From assembly GCF_006345805.1 (NCBI RefSeq), contig NC_043004.1, positions 9,548,001 to 9,612,000 of the forward strand: DNA of 64,000 bases, given 5' to 3'. The DNA is from Octopus sinensis (lineage: Eukaryota). The position numbers were made by a program, and so were the translations under genes. Under the pieces are notes generated by a model. It saw only the letters and a list, made by a program, of their open reading frames with translations. It had not been told where the DNA came from and ran no database searches. Within the stretch, counting starts at the first letter, position 1, and the number at the start of each line of letters is the position of its first letter. This document shows, in pieces, positions 37,405 to 50,010 of the stretch.

Positions 37405-37989
37405 TTATATATATATATATATATATATATAATCTATATATATATATTATATTAAAATATAATATATACATACATATATATACATATATATTATCACATA
37501 TACATACATATACATATATATATACACAAACATACATATACATATATACATACATATATATACATATATACACAAATATATATACATATTATATATACAT
37601 ACACACAAAAATATATATATACTATATATACAAATATATATATACATATATATACAAATATATATATACATATAAATACAAATATATATATACATATATA
37701 TACAAATATATATATACTTAAATATATAATATATAATATATATATATATATATTATATATTATATATATATATACATACATATATATACATAAAATACAT
37801 ATATTACATACATATATACATAATATATACATAATATATATTGAGATACACATATATACATACGCATTATATATATATATATATATACATATATTCATAT
37901 ATATTTAGATATATACACACATTTCATATATATATATACATATATTCATATATATATTTAGATATATACACACATATCTATATATATAT

Positions 37990-38020
<31 letters not shown>

Positions 38021-38371
38021 GATATATACATACTAAATATTATATACCTATATACAAATGTATTATTATATATATATATACATGCATATATACACATATA
38101 TATACATATATACACAAATACACATATGCATATATACATATATATATATATATATATTACACACATATATATATATGCACACACATTACATCTTACACAC
38201 ATATATACACACACGTATATATACGCATAGACATATACAAATATTCACATACACATATACATTATATACACACACACATATATATACACACATATATATA
38301 TACACATATAATATGCACACACATATACATAATACACTCACATACACACACACACACACACACAAACAACT

Positions 38372-38430
<59 letters not shown>
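37405..38430. repeat. TA/CA-rich compound microsatellite
   Basis: Direct reading. Confidence 0.9.
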
Positions 38431-38431
<1 letters not shown>

Positions 38432-38693
38432 CTTCGTTTTCGGGATTTGGTGAGCAAGATTCCTCATGTGAGTTCATGTGTTGAAGTATTTTCTGTTGTG
38501 TCTGGGGAGGGTCAATTTCTGGGGTTTTTTTGCCTCATAATTTAACACACTCACCGGTAAAATTTCCACTTATTCCTTAATTTTATTTTCCTAATACTTT
38601 AGGAAAATGAAAATATGGAATAAGTGGAAATTTTATCTTGAGTGTCTTAAATTATAAGGCAAAAAAAACTGACCCTCCCCAGACACAACAGAA
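38432..38693. repeat. Repeat ending in a ~200-bp fold-back (arms 38491-38594 / 38599-38693)
   Basis: TTCTGTTGTGTCTGGGGAGGGTCA...CCACTTATTCC..TTTTCCTAA / TTAGGAAAA..GGAATAAGTGG...TGACCCTCCCCAGACACAACAGAA; related fragments at 54428-54500 and 54838-54915. Confidence 0.8.
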
Positions 38694-39189
38694 CGCGTGC
38701 GTATGTGTACGGTTGCGTAATGTGTTCGTGTGCGTATGTGTGTGTGTACGTCTGTATATATACACATGCACATATATACGCAAATACGAATACGCATAAG
38801 CGTGTGCACACTCGCACGCGCGCACTCACACGCACACACACACACACTCATGCACGCACGCACAGACACATACATACAGCACGCGCTCACATACACACGC
38901 ACACATACACACACACACGTACGTATATACACGCGCACACGCACAGCATACATGCGCGTGTCCACCCGCTCGGACACACGCACGCACACATGAACACGCT
39001 CATAAACGCACAAACACACAAACAGGCACACAAACAGACACAAACACACATACATACATACATACATACATACCTACATACATACATACACACACATATA
39101 TACACACATACACACACACATATACACCCATACACATACATGCACACACACATATACACATATACGTAATATATAGACATGTATTCAAT

Positions 39190-41100
39190 AATGTTGTTGA
39201 TGAGGCTGGAACCAAATGTGAAATCCTTTCGCCCGGCAGGTGCCGTGGTTGAGCAGCGCAGACCCGGTCGTCATCCGGAGATGGCTTGTAGACAAAGGCA
39301 GAGGCGGAGAAGAAGGTGGGATGAGGAGACAAAACGAAGAACGTTAATTGAATGCTGGATCTGGAGTGGACCCAACAGAAGTGGATTCTGACAACGAATG
39401 AAATCGAAATGGAATGTGATAGGACTCTTTGAAACAAGTGAGGCAACAGTTAGCCGACCACGCTAGAGCAATAAGAACAAAAGGATGGTTTATAGGCATG
39501 GAAACAGAAGAGATAAAAAGGAAAGTAGAAGTTAGAAATAATACTTCACCAACAGATAACGTGCCCAGTGAGAACAGACAAATGAAAAGCGGCAGTGAAG
39601 AAGTAAAGTGTAAATGCATTCTCAGCAAATGAAGCAGAAGTAATAGGAAGAGCAGCTATAGCACAAGAATACGATGATGATCAACAAGACATAGGGAGGA
39701 CGCTGTGCCGATATATTAGAGAAGACCACGATCAAGCCCACACAGCCGACTTGAGATACATTGACCGACGCAAGCTCAAGGTTGAAATCGAAAAGAGAGA
39801 TTCGGCTTATGAGCTATTCCTGACGAGAAATATAACTGAAACTAACAAGATTATTTGGGGTGCAGCTATGGTTGCTGCAGACAGACGTAAAGAACCATAC
39901 TGTCATTAAAGGAATGTGTGAGAAACAAAGTATGTTAAAAAGGCATTTAGGACAAGTTGATAGATTGAGAAGAAAGGAATTGCAGAACGAAAGAATAAGA
40001 ATAATGCTGGGAAAGAACAGATAGAATAAGAGATATAAAGGTTATGATGTGATATTGGAAGAATTGAAATAAAAGAGTAGTAGCATCCAAAGCAAAACAG
40101 GAAAGATATGCCAACAGAAGAACACAGTTCAGGCAAAACAGATAGTTTGATGAAGTAAATCAGAAGAAACTGCTTCAGGAACTAGATGGGCAAATACGCA
40201 TAACAATGATACCAGATGCAGAGGAAAGCAAGGCATTCTGGAGAGGGATTTGGGACCAACCTGTAGAAGAAAATGATGAAGCGGAGTGGCTGCGTGCAAT
40301 CCAAGATTGGAAGAAACCAGAGACATTAAATAAAGAATAAAACATTAAATAAAGGATAAAGCACCTCAGACAGAGTGAAAAGAAAGCCTTGCATGGCCAG
40401 TTTTTGAGAGCCACTGAAGACGTATGTAGAACAAAATCCTGGGTTTGGTTAAAAAAAGGGTCAATTAAAATTGAAATAAAGAAACAGAGAATCTAATTGT
40501 AGCAATATAAGATCAAGCGATAAAAACAAACAAGTTAAGAAAAAATATATATATGGAGAGAATGTGTGAGTAAAAGGTAGAGCCTGTGGAATTTGGAACG
40601 AGACAGTGGCACACATTGTGGAAGAATGCCGAAAGTTGGCTCGGGAAGAATATAAGAAATGGAAGCATGCCGAGGCTGTAAAACTTTTACACTGAAAAGC
40701 GTGCCGGAAATGGGGATTTCAAGCTGAAAACACGTGGTAGAATAATCGAGTCGAAAATGTATTGGAATCGGAGAAATGTAAACTTTTGTGGGAGTTTCCT
40801 ATTGAAACAGCCAAGAAGTTAGAAAATAATAGACCGGACATAAAAATTATAGATAAGAAGAATTTGATGCATGCGAACAGCAAAGGTCGTGCCTGTAATA
40901 ATTTTTGCGTTGGGAACAGTAAGAAAAGATAGACAAATGGCTGAAGGAGATTGGAAGAGAATGACCGATACAGCTCCTACAAAAAGTTTCCTCTAAGAAC
41001 AGCAAGGATTTTCAGGACGATTGTAAGCATTTGAAAGACTATTGAAAGATTGTGGACACCTACAGGTAGTAGCACGCTACCCACACAATTCCTACCGTGA
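39190..41100 (+). mobile_element. R4/Dong-like family B element with N-terminal region and RLE but no RT, degenerate
   Basis: Across frameshifts: QQLADHARAIRTKGW, NITETNKII, RTQFRQNR, FWRGIWD, then directly ALHGQFLR, WNETVAHIVEEC, KLLWEFP, NNRPDI; the 3' part aligns with 2199-2832. Confidence 0.75.
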
Positions 41101-41134
41101 ATAACAGCGAACCTGAGCCAAACCAAAACAATAG

Positions 41135-41345
41135 TAATGCTTTCTACTAAAGGCACAAGGCCTGAAATTTTGGAGAAAGGGACTTGTCGATTACATCGAC
41201 CTCAATATTTCACAGGTACTTAGTTTATCGACCCCGAAACGATGAAAGGCAAATTCGACCTTGGCGGAATTTGAACTCAGAACATAGCGACGGTCGAAAT
41301 AGCACTAAGCATTTCGTTCAGCTTGCTAAAGATTCTGCCAGCTCG
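41135..41345 (-). mobile_element. SINE family 2
   Basis: Reverse complement of the family 2 head, central motif and tail. Confidence 0.75.
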
Positions 41346-41495
41346 AAATGAGGAGTAAACAGCCAACAGCCGATGAAGGGTCCTTTATCTGTGTTTACTT
41401 GTCCTGTTTTCTATTTTTTTTTTCTCTTTGTTTACGTATTTCATGTTGTTTGCACAGTTGGTGACATTCTATACTCATTTCTGCATGCATGCATA

Positions 41496-41542
<47 letters not shown>

Positions 41543-41575
41543 ATATATATAGGGAGAGAGAGAGAGAGAGAGAAA

Positions 41576-41880
41576 GGGGGGCGCAATGGCCCAGCGGTTA
41601 GAGCAGCGGACTCGCGGTCGTAGGATCATGGTTTCGATTCCCAGACCGGGCGTTGTGGCGAACCCTGCTGTACTCTTTCACCACAACTCTTTCTTCCTCT
41701 TCCTGATGTATCTGTTTTTCAAAGAGCCAGCCTTGTCACACTATGTTGCGCTGAATCTCTCCGAGAACAACGTTAAGGGTACATGTGTCTGTGGAGTGCT
41801 CAGCCACTTACACGTTAATTTCACAAGCAGGCTGTTCCGATCAACTGGAACCCTCGTCGTCGTAACCGACGGAGTCCCAC
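41576..41880 (+). mobile_element. SINE family 4 (tRNA-derived)
   Basis: A-box TGGCCCAGCGG, B-box-like GGTTTCGATTCC; other copies at 52137-52497 (+) and 47910-48145 (-). Confidence 0.8.
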
Positions 41881-42587
41881 TATATATATATGTGTGTGTG
41901 GTGTGTGTGTGTATGTGCATATATATGAAGAGAGAGGGGAAGGGAGATGGAAAGTGACAGAGAGAGAGAGAGAGACAGAGAGCGATAAATTTACATATAT
42001 ACATTCATACATACACACTCACACATTTCGACATATTTATATGGAGGACGAATAATTTATGAATGCTTTTTTGAAATACAATTGGGTAAGATATATTCAT
42101 ATTTAAGCAATTTAAATGCCATAAAATTTACTTTTAAATTCCAAATGCACCTGAAAACTTGCATCATACTTCAATTACTTTTGTACTGAATAATCATAAG
42201 TTGTGATTTGTAAGGTGCTGTTTTCCAATCTATAATTACAAGATATATTAACACCGTATGTGTTCCGAGAAAACATGTAAATAATTATATTTATAAAGAT
42301 TTCTTGTGGTAGATACTATTTATCTCCCGTTGTGCTTTCTGCGCAGTTATGAAATAACAGTTACTCAAGAAATGAAGGGTTGATCTCCATTATATGTAGT
42401 GTTCAGATTTGGGGCACTGGTAACGGTATGGTGGGTTATTTTGTACAACTAAAATCTTAAAGCATCAGAACATCACCCAGAATCGCGAAAGCACGCGACG
42501 CAAATTCGCTGTACACAAATACGCACGCGTGTACACACACACTGTACATATTATAAAATGCATTGATATGCATATATAAACTTGTAT

Positions 42588-42626
<39 letters not shown>

Positions 42627-42693
42627 GCACACACACATATGCACACACACATATACACATTTATTTACATATACTTAAATAGGACATATATAC

Positions 42694-42733
<40 letters not shown>

Positions 42734-42839
42734 CAAGGAAAAATTATAAAAAGGCAGAATGCTAAATTGAAAGAAAATTTTAATGAAAATGAGTGTATTG
42801 AAAATTTTGAAAAATTAATAAAATATATATATATATATT

Positions 42840-42881
42840 AATTCAAACCGGTTTTCGTCACAATGTGACTTTTCAAGAATT
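42840..42881 (-). ncRNA. Minimal type I hammerhead ribozyme with U3-A8 core variant (family d)
   Basis: AAUUC | UUGAAAA | GUCAC-AUU-GUGAC | GAAA | A-CCGG-UU (palindrome AACCGGUU) | U17 | GAAUU; perfect stems I and II; abuts (TA)n. Confidence 0.6.
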
Positions 42882-43527
42882 GTAAAGAAAAAATTTCTTT
42901 TAAGTTTGAGGAGGGGGGAACAAAGAAAATTACATTATTTTTTTGCAAAAAAATAATGATAAATATATACAAAAATTAAAAAATAGGTACTCTGATACAT
43001 CATAAAGTCTTTGTGTATCTTGAGTTTAATGATAGTTCTTGAAAAAAGTACCTTGGAGATATATATTATATATACATATATATATAAATTTAAACATGCA
43101 CATACCTTTATGTGTGTGCTACATGCATGCTACACATACGCACGTGTGTGTGTGCATGTGTTTGCGATGGTGTGTGTGTGTAGATGTAGTTAGACATATG
43201 CAGGCAATCGCCTATCCGTTGGAGTCAGATGACTTTGAAGTTAAATCTGAACAGCCTCTAAAACTATGGGATTCAACAACTCGCCTCTCCCCCCCCCCCA
43301 CCAATCCTGTCTAATTTTCTATAGATGTATTTTCTAATGGGGCGTGACATTTGTGCTAGGTGTAATACCACATTTTTTTCTGCTACGACTCCACATAGTT
43401 TCTCTGAACACATTACACCCCCATCCAATAGAGACGATCCTTTCTAGTAACATGACGTTTCAATATGTTTCTTATGTGTGTGTGTGTATATATATATATA
43501 TCTATATATATATATATATATTTCTAT

Positions 43528-43586
<59 letters not shown>

Positions 43587-43837
43587 CTATATATTATATA
43601 TATATTATATATCTATATATTTCTATATATTGCACTTTGTAAAGAATCAGGTTTGCAACAAGTCCGTCAAACGGTACCAACATAAGGGTTTCCAAATTTC
43701 TTCTGTTTTGTGTATGTCATTCTCTCTCTCTCCCTTACGCTATATATAATCACGCACACATGCATATGAATATAATATTCTTATACTCTTACGTGTTTCA
43801 ACTTAAATACTATGGCAATGCTAGAGCACGGCCAGCA

Positions 43838-43937
43838 NNNNNNNNNNNNNNNNNNNNNNNNNNNNNNNNNNNNNNNNNNNNNNNNNNNNNNNNNNNNNNN
43901 NNNNNNNNNNNNNNNNNNNNNNNNNNNNNNNNNNNNN
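43838..43937. other. Assembly gap (100 N)
   Basis: Direct reading. Confidence 1.
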
Positions 43938-44048
43938 TGAGCAACATGGAGTAAAGTGTCTTGTTTAAGGACACAAAGCGCTGCCTGGAATCGAACTCAT
44001 GACTTCCGATCGTGAGACAAATACGCCAACCACTAAGCTCAGTGGCTT
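43938..44048 (-). mobile_element. SINE family 3 head, cut by the gap
   Basis: Minus strand has TTAGTGG, GAGTTCGATTCC and GTCCTTAAACAAGACACTTTA. Confidence 0.65.
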
Positions 44049-44072
44049 CATACAAGCTTGAACATGCTTTCC

Positions 44073-44130
<58 letters not shown>

Positions 44131-44502
44131 CACACTCATGCACTCGCACACGCATACACATACACACACACACACATGCACGTACACACACGTGAACACA
44201 TACATACCCACATGTATATCCTGTACTTATGTATTTGTGTCCGTATGTACGAATGCTTACATACAGATACATGATGTCGCCTATTTACGTCCGATCCACT
44301 TCCCGCGCTTAAAATACGGCAAGTGCCCTGCACATGAATAGAAAATAAATATGCAGTCAGTGGCGTACGTTTCTATGCATGCATACATACATACATATAT
44401 GTGTCTACAAACACACACACACAAACACACACAAACACGCACCACACACATACACACACACACATGCATATATATATGTATATACAAACATATATATACG
44501 TC

Positions 44503-44538
<36 letters not shown>

Positions 44539-44814
44539 CAGATAATTATATGTGTACTTGTAATATATATATATATATATACCTTACACATATATATATA
44601 TTATGCTCATATATATGCATGTATACATGCATGTATATATATACATATACATGTATATATATATGTATATATACATGCATCTATGTATATATATATATAT
44701 ATACAAATTCATATATGTATAAATGTATAAACATATACATATATACGTAATATATATACGTATTTACATATATATAGTTATATAGATAATATATATGAAT
44801 ATAAATGCATATAT

Positions 44815-44845
<31 letters not shown>

Positions 44846-44950
44846 TACATAACTATTATTTTATGTATATGTATGTACATAGTTGTAGTATTAATATATG
44901 TGCATGTAATTTTACATGTTGGCTATGTTTTGTGGGTGTATGTATGTATA

Positions 44951-45003
<53 letters not shown>

Positions 45004-45412
45004 ATATATATATTATACATAATATATATAAAAATGTGGTGTGCGTCGTATGCGTCGTATATATGAATACTGCATATATGTATGAGGCTATCGGTGAGTT
45101 TTTGTAATTGTGTGTTGTATATAAAGATAAAAACAAAAAATGCAATAAAAACAACACCTCAAACCAGGAGAAAACAAACAAAATCAGCGGAACATGCGTA
45201 TATACACGCATTTCGATCGATCGGTTGGTAAATGTTTATATAATGGAAGTGACGGACAGCTACCAAAAATGGCGTCTACGGCCCCGCAGTAAACAGTTAG
45301 AGACAGTGTGTGTGTGTGCGTAGCTCTGTTGATAGACACTTATTGCCTGTGAATTCCACAATTAACTAAGTTAGTCATTGAGAAAGTAGCGTTATATTAT
45401 TCTGCTGCCAGC

Positions 45413-45596
45413 TCTCCATCGAACTTGGCCGCCGGCAGTTTTACTGTTAGCGTCACATAGTTTCTATGTACGGCTGAAGGGCGCTGACCCACATCTATGC
45501 TAACTTTCTGCCCTCCGGCGAACATTCGAGAAGCGTATAACAGTAATGGCGAAATTGCTTATTGAACGCGCCACCAATGTTGACACTATCTCTCAG
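45413..45596 (+). pseudogene. Possible decayed ankyrin-repeat coding fragment
   Basis: SPSNLAA...FL..LKGADPH followed ~32 residues later by SAL...MAKLLIERATNVD; two stops and one frameshift. Confidence 0.3.
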
Positions 45597-45639
45597 TGTC
45601 AATTACTCACCTATCTTCTTTCTCTTCTAAGTCTCCCTA

Positions 45640-45830
45640 TTCTTCTTCTTCTTCTTCTTCTTCTTCTTCTTCTTCTTCTTCTTCTTCTCTTCTTCTTCTT
45701 CTTCTTCTTCTACTCCTCCTCCCTCTTCTCCTTCTTCTCCCTCTTCTTCTCCCTCTTCTTCTTCTTCTTCTTCACTCTCTTCTTCTTCTTCTTCTTCTTC
45801 TTCTCCCTCTTCTTCTCTTTCTTCTTCTTC
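45640..45830. repeat. (CTT)n microsatellite
   Basis: Direct reading. Confidence 0.95.
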
Positions 45831-46067
45831 TTACTCATCTCTTTCTCTGCGACTCCTCTCTCCCTTCTTTCTCACTCTATATTCTCTTCCTCTCTCTTTA
45901 TCCTCTTTACCCCTCTTTATCTCTTTCCCTCGCTCCTTCTCTCTCACTCATTTCTGTGGTTATTCCGAACAACTCTCTTTCCCTCTTTTCTTTTCATATA
46001 TATAATAAATGTTTTTCTGTCTGTTTGTATGTATGTATGTTCATATGTATGTATATATGTACGTACG

Positions 46068-46101
<34 letters not shown>

Positions 46102-46145
46102 TGTATGTATGTATGTATGTATGTATGTAGGTACGTATATATGTA

Positions 46146-46176
<31 letters not shown>

Positions 46177-46762
46177 ATGTATGTATGTATGTATGTATGC
46201 AGGCAGGTATGCATACACAAGTGTACACAAAGACTTCTATTTACCTGTATACCTCTGCCTTCGCTTCATTCTCTATCCCCAGCTTCTTTTTCCAGACTCT
46301 TCTAGACAAGAAGAGAAAAGCCACCATGCGGTTGCATAAGATGTTAGAAATATGTGCAAATCTCCCGCAAATTACTCTCTACCATCCTTAGGGGATCGAT
46401 GAGATGGTCATGGAAGGAATGCCTTTGATCATAGAAGATCGGGATAACGACAGGTTTGTCTTAATCTTCTCGCTTAGGATAGACCTGAGGCTCAAAAAAT
46501 TTCCGTAACAACAATCTCTCCTCTTTCATCTTCCATCCGTCTCCCTTTCTCTTTCTTTCTCTCATCACCTCCCCCCTCCTCTGTTCACTACGTCTTCCTT
46601 TGCTTCTTTCATTTTCACAAAGACCTTCCTTATCTTTGTTCTTGTTTCTTCTTTATTTTCTTATCATTTCTTTCTCCTACCTCTGTCTGAAGCATATTAC
46701 TCTACCTCCGATATTCGAGTACTACTTTTGTCAACCTTGTTTCGCATTTATGTGCTTACTCA

Positions 46763-46798
<36 letters not shown>

Positions 46799-46809
46799 GC
46801 ATTTTTTTC

Positions 46810-46965
46810 TCCTTGTTTTTTTTCTGTGTATCTTTCTGTCGAAGAGCGTAGGCTCAAAACATAAAAGACTTTTTCTATTTCTATTCCTGAGCGCTATACT
46901 AATACATTTGTTTGTTTGTACTCCACCTGCCTTCGTCTTTTGTTTATTTTCGTAAACTTTCCCAT
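46810..46965 (+). repeat. ~155-bp repeat with degenerate minimal hammerhead (family e) at 46832-46867
   Basis: CUUU-CUGUCGA-A-GAGC-GUAG-GCUC-AAAA-CAU-A-AAAG; 3' end runs into (TA)n. Confidence 0.45.
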
Positions 46966-46998
<33 letters not shown>

Positions 46999-47007
46999 AT
47001 ATATATC

Positions 47008-47051
<44 letters not shown>

Positions 47052-47426
47052 AGAGAGTGAGAGAGAGAGAAAGAGCGACGGAGAGAGAGAGAAAGAGCGA
47101 CGGAGAGAGTGAGAGAGATAGAGAGATTAATAGATTACATATGACCCTCTTTTCCTTTAATTTCCCTTTCGGATCTGTCTTCGCTCTCTCATTCACATAT
47201 CCTAACCACTTTCAATGCCCGGTTTCGGTCAGCTCGTGGCTATGCCAAAACACGTCCGACAAAATTCACCCGAGAGGCATTTCATTGCGAGGCAGACTGC
47301 TGTGCTCCACCAACATTGACCAAAACGAAGAAGGAAGGAACAAAGGTAAGACGAATAGATGGATTAAGAAAGGATAAGGAATGACGCAACCAAATGTTCC
47401 CCTTGTCATTCATTAATTAATATTGG

Positions 47427-47619
47427 TTTCAAATATTGGTACATGGCTAGGAATTTCGGGGAGGGGTTAAGTCTTTCACACTGCTCAATTGGTACTTACT
47501 CCATCGACCCGAAAGGATGAAATGTAAAGTCGACCGCAGCGGCATTTGAACTCAGAACTTCAAGACGGACCAAATGCCGCTAGCGATTCTGCCTCGAGTC
47601 CTAACGATTCTGCCTTCGC
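47427..47619 (-). mobile_element. SINE family 2
   Basis: Reverse complement of the family 2 motifs. Confidence 0.65.
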
Positions 47620-47807
47620 TCATTAATTAATATGACGCTCTAATTACACCAAACACTTTCTTAAAGGTTTATGTATATTGAATTCCAAGATTCTAACAGC
47701 AGCTTATTAGTAGAGCTATGTGTAATCGACATCGTAACATGCACATACACACGCACACACACTTGCATACATACATACATACATACATACATATGTATGT
47801 GTGTATG

Positions 47808-47841
<34 letters not shown>

Positions 47842-47875
47842 ACACACATTCACATACACACACATACACATACAT

Positions 47876-47909
<34 letters not shown>

Positions 47910-48145
47910 CACGTGATCACGTGACCGACCAGGCTATCAGATGTTGCTACACATCGCTGGTCACAATGCACTTGGCATTGTTTTAGCGAACAGGCCAACA
48001 GAAGAAAGAGTGAGAGAAAGTTGTGTCGAAAGAGTACAGCAGGGATCGCCACCACCTCCTGCCGGAGCATCGTGGAGCTTAAGGCGTTTTGCCCATAAAC
48101 ACTCACAACGCCCGGTCTAGGAATCGAAACCGCGATCCTACGACC
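47910..48145 (-). mobile_element. SINE family 4 variant with alternative tail
   Basis: Head and CCCTGCTGTACTCTTTC body as at 41576; tail ends ...GGTCGGTCACGTGATCACGTG. Confidence 0.7.
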
Positions 48146-48160
48146 CTATATATATATATA

Positions 48161-48230
<70 letters not shown>

Positions 48231-48400
48231 TTATATATATATATATATATATATAATATTAGGGAGTATAACCAAAGTTACAGGGAAAAATTAGATTTAG
48301 GATTTAATCAATTTCACAGTATAATATAAATTAAATTGAGTTGCCTAATAGTGGTTTTATCTCTAATTTAATTTATATATATATAGGTAGTATGTATATA

Positions 48401-48465
<65 letters not shown>

Positions 48466-48536
48466 TATATATATATACATATTATATATATATATATATA
48501 GGTAGGCATGTATGTGTTATATATAAATATACATAA

Positions 48537-48576
<40 letters not shown>

Positions 48577-48649
48577 TTATATATATAATTATTTTTATAA
48601 TGGAGATAGATATATGTGTAAAAGTTTTAGTAAAAAATGAGTCATTATA

Positions 48650-49044
48650 CTCTTTACTCTTTTACTTGTTTCAGTCATTTGACTGCGGCCATGCTGGAGC
48701 ACCGCCTTTTTGTCGAGCAAATCGACCCCAGGACTTATTCTTTGTAAGCCTAGTACTTATTCTATCGGTCTCTTTTGCTGATCCGCTAAGTTACGGGGAC
48801 GTAAACACACCACCATCGGTTGTCAAGTGATGTTGGGGGGGGGGACAAACACAGACACAGACCCACACATACATATATATATATGTATATACATATATAC
48901 GACGGGATTCTTTCAGTTTCCATCTACCAAATCCACTCACAAGCCTTTGGTTCGGCCCGAGGCTATAGTAGAAGATACTTGCCCAAGGTGTCACGCAGTG
49001 GGACTGAACCCGGAACCATGTGATTGGTAAGCAGGCTACTTACC
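48650..49044 (-). mobile_element. SINE family 1
   Basis: Reverse complement of 18040-18421. Confidence 0.85.
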
Positions 49045-49822
49045 AAAAAATGTTTAATGAAACATATCAAGTATATGAAAAATTTAATAGGAAACAGAAT
49101 GTCAAACTTTTTGGAAGGAAGTTTTCGCTTTGTGTATAAGGAAACGAAAACAGGCAGTTATAAAGTTAATAATTAAGATAATTTTACTTAATCCATGTAC
49201 ATATAATATATATATGTATATATATAAGTTCAGCAAAAATTTAGATTCAAATGAATATGGTACTTAATTTAGATGCACCAGAATTCTGTATGGTGTCATC
49301 CGTGGGGTGATTATAATCAAAATAAGCAACAAGAATGACTCTCCAAATAGAATAAATTTTAGATTTATAGTTTTTCCTTTATTCTAACGTGTCAAAGTAC
49401 TTGGAACTTATTGACCAACTGTTGTGATGATGTGCATAGGGTTTGTAAGGTCTCTGCATTCTCTATGAATATTATTGTGACCACTTGATATTGACCTAGT
49501 TCTCCTAACACCGAATCTGTTCATCAAATAGTAGTAATTGGCATTTAGTAGTGACAATGCTGTCTTCTACATAAATTCCTTATATGGAGCTCTGAAATCC
49601 CCTTCACCCCATTTCTATAATTAGAAAATCTTTATTGTCTCCTTCCACTTATTCTTCTCTCTCAGAACCTTACAGGAATCTGGAACAACCGAATCTTAGT
49701 CAGTCAGTTGATGGGCTCCACTACCTCAAATGTTCTTAAAATTTAAATCCACATCTTTGTCTATATATACCTTCTCTATAATGTTGCCATTTGATATGAA
49801 AATTTGTGTATTAATGGAAAGC

Positions 49823-49926
49823 CTCTATAATTGGCTGATGAGTGCTCAGCATTTTAAAACTGTTGTAATACTTACAACATTTAATTAAATGATGTAGTAT
49901 GAAACGATCGTACCAAATTACCGGAG
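49823..49926 (+). ncRNA. Type I hammerhead ribozyme with intact core and extended stem II (family f)
   Basis: UAAUUGG | CUGAUGA (49835-49841) | stem II GUGCU/AGUAU enclosing UGUUGUAA/UUACAACA | GAAA (49901-49904) | C-GAUC-GU | A17 (49912) | CCAAAUUA. Confidence 0.72.
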
Positions 49927-50010
49927 TCATTCTTGTTGCTTATTTTAAATGTGTACCGTTGGCGATTTTTTTCCTCTGTCTTCCCTTCTCTGGATCTTTC
50001 CTTCTCCTAT

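Noticed and set aside
39200-39290. HDV-like ribozyme at the 5' end of the R4-type element
   Set aside because: Could not assemble P1, P2, P3 and P1.1 pairings by eye.
41360-41490. CCGAUGAAGGG at the start of a TA-adjacent repeat-like segment
   Set aside because: No matching GAAA or stem II closure found.
43838-43937. Treating sequence on both sides of the N run as contiguous
   Set aside because: A 100-N gap is usually a placeholder of unknown size, so no cross-gap structure was inferred.
47233-47345. Candidate 113-bp internal exon (CAG acceptor, AG|GTAAGA donor, two open frames)
   Set aside because: Weak polypyrimidine tract, no recognisable protein similarity and no partner exons; such signals occur by chance.
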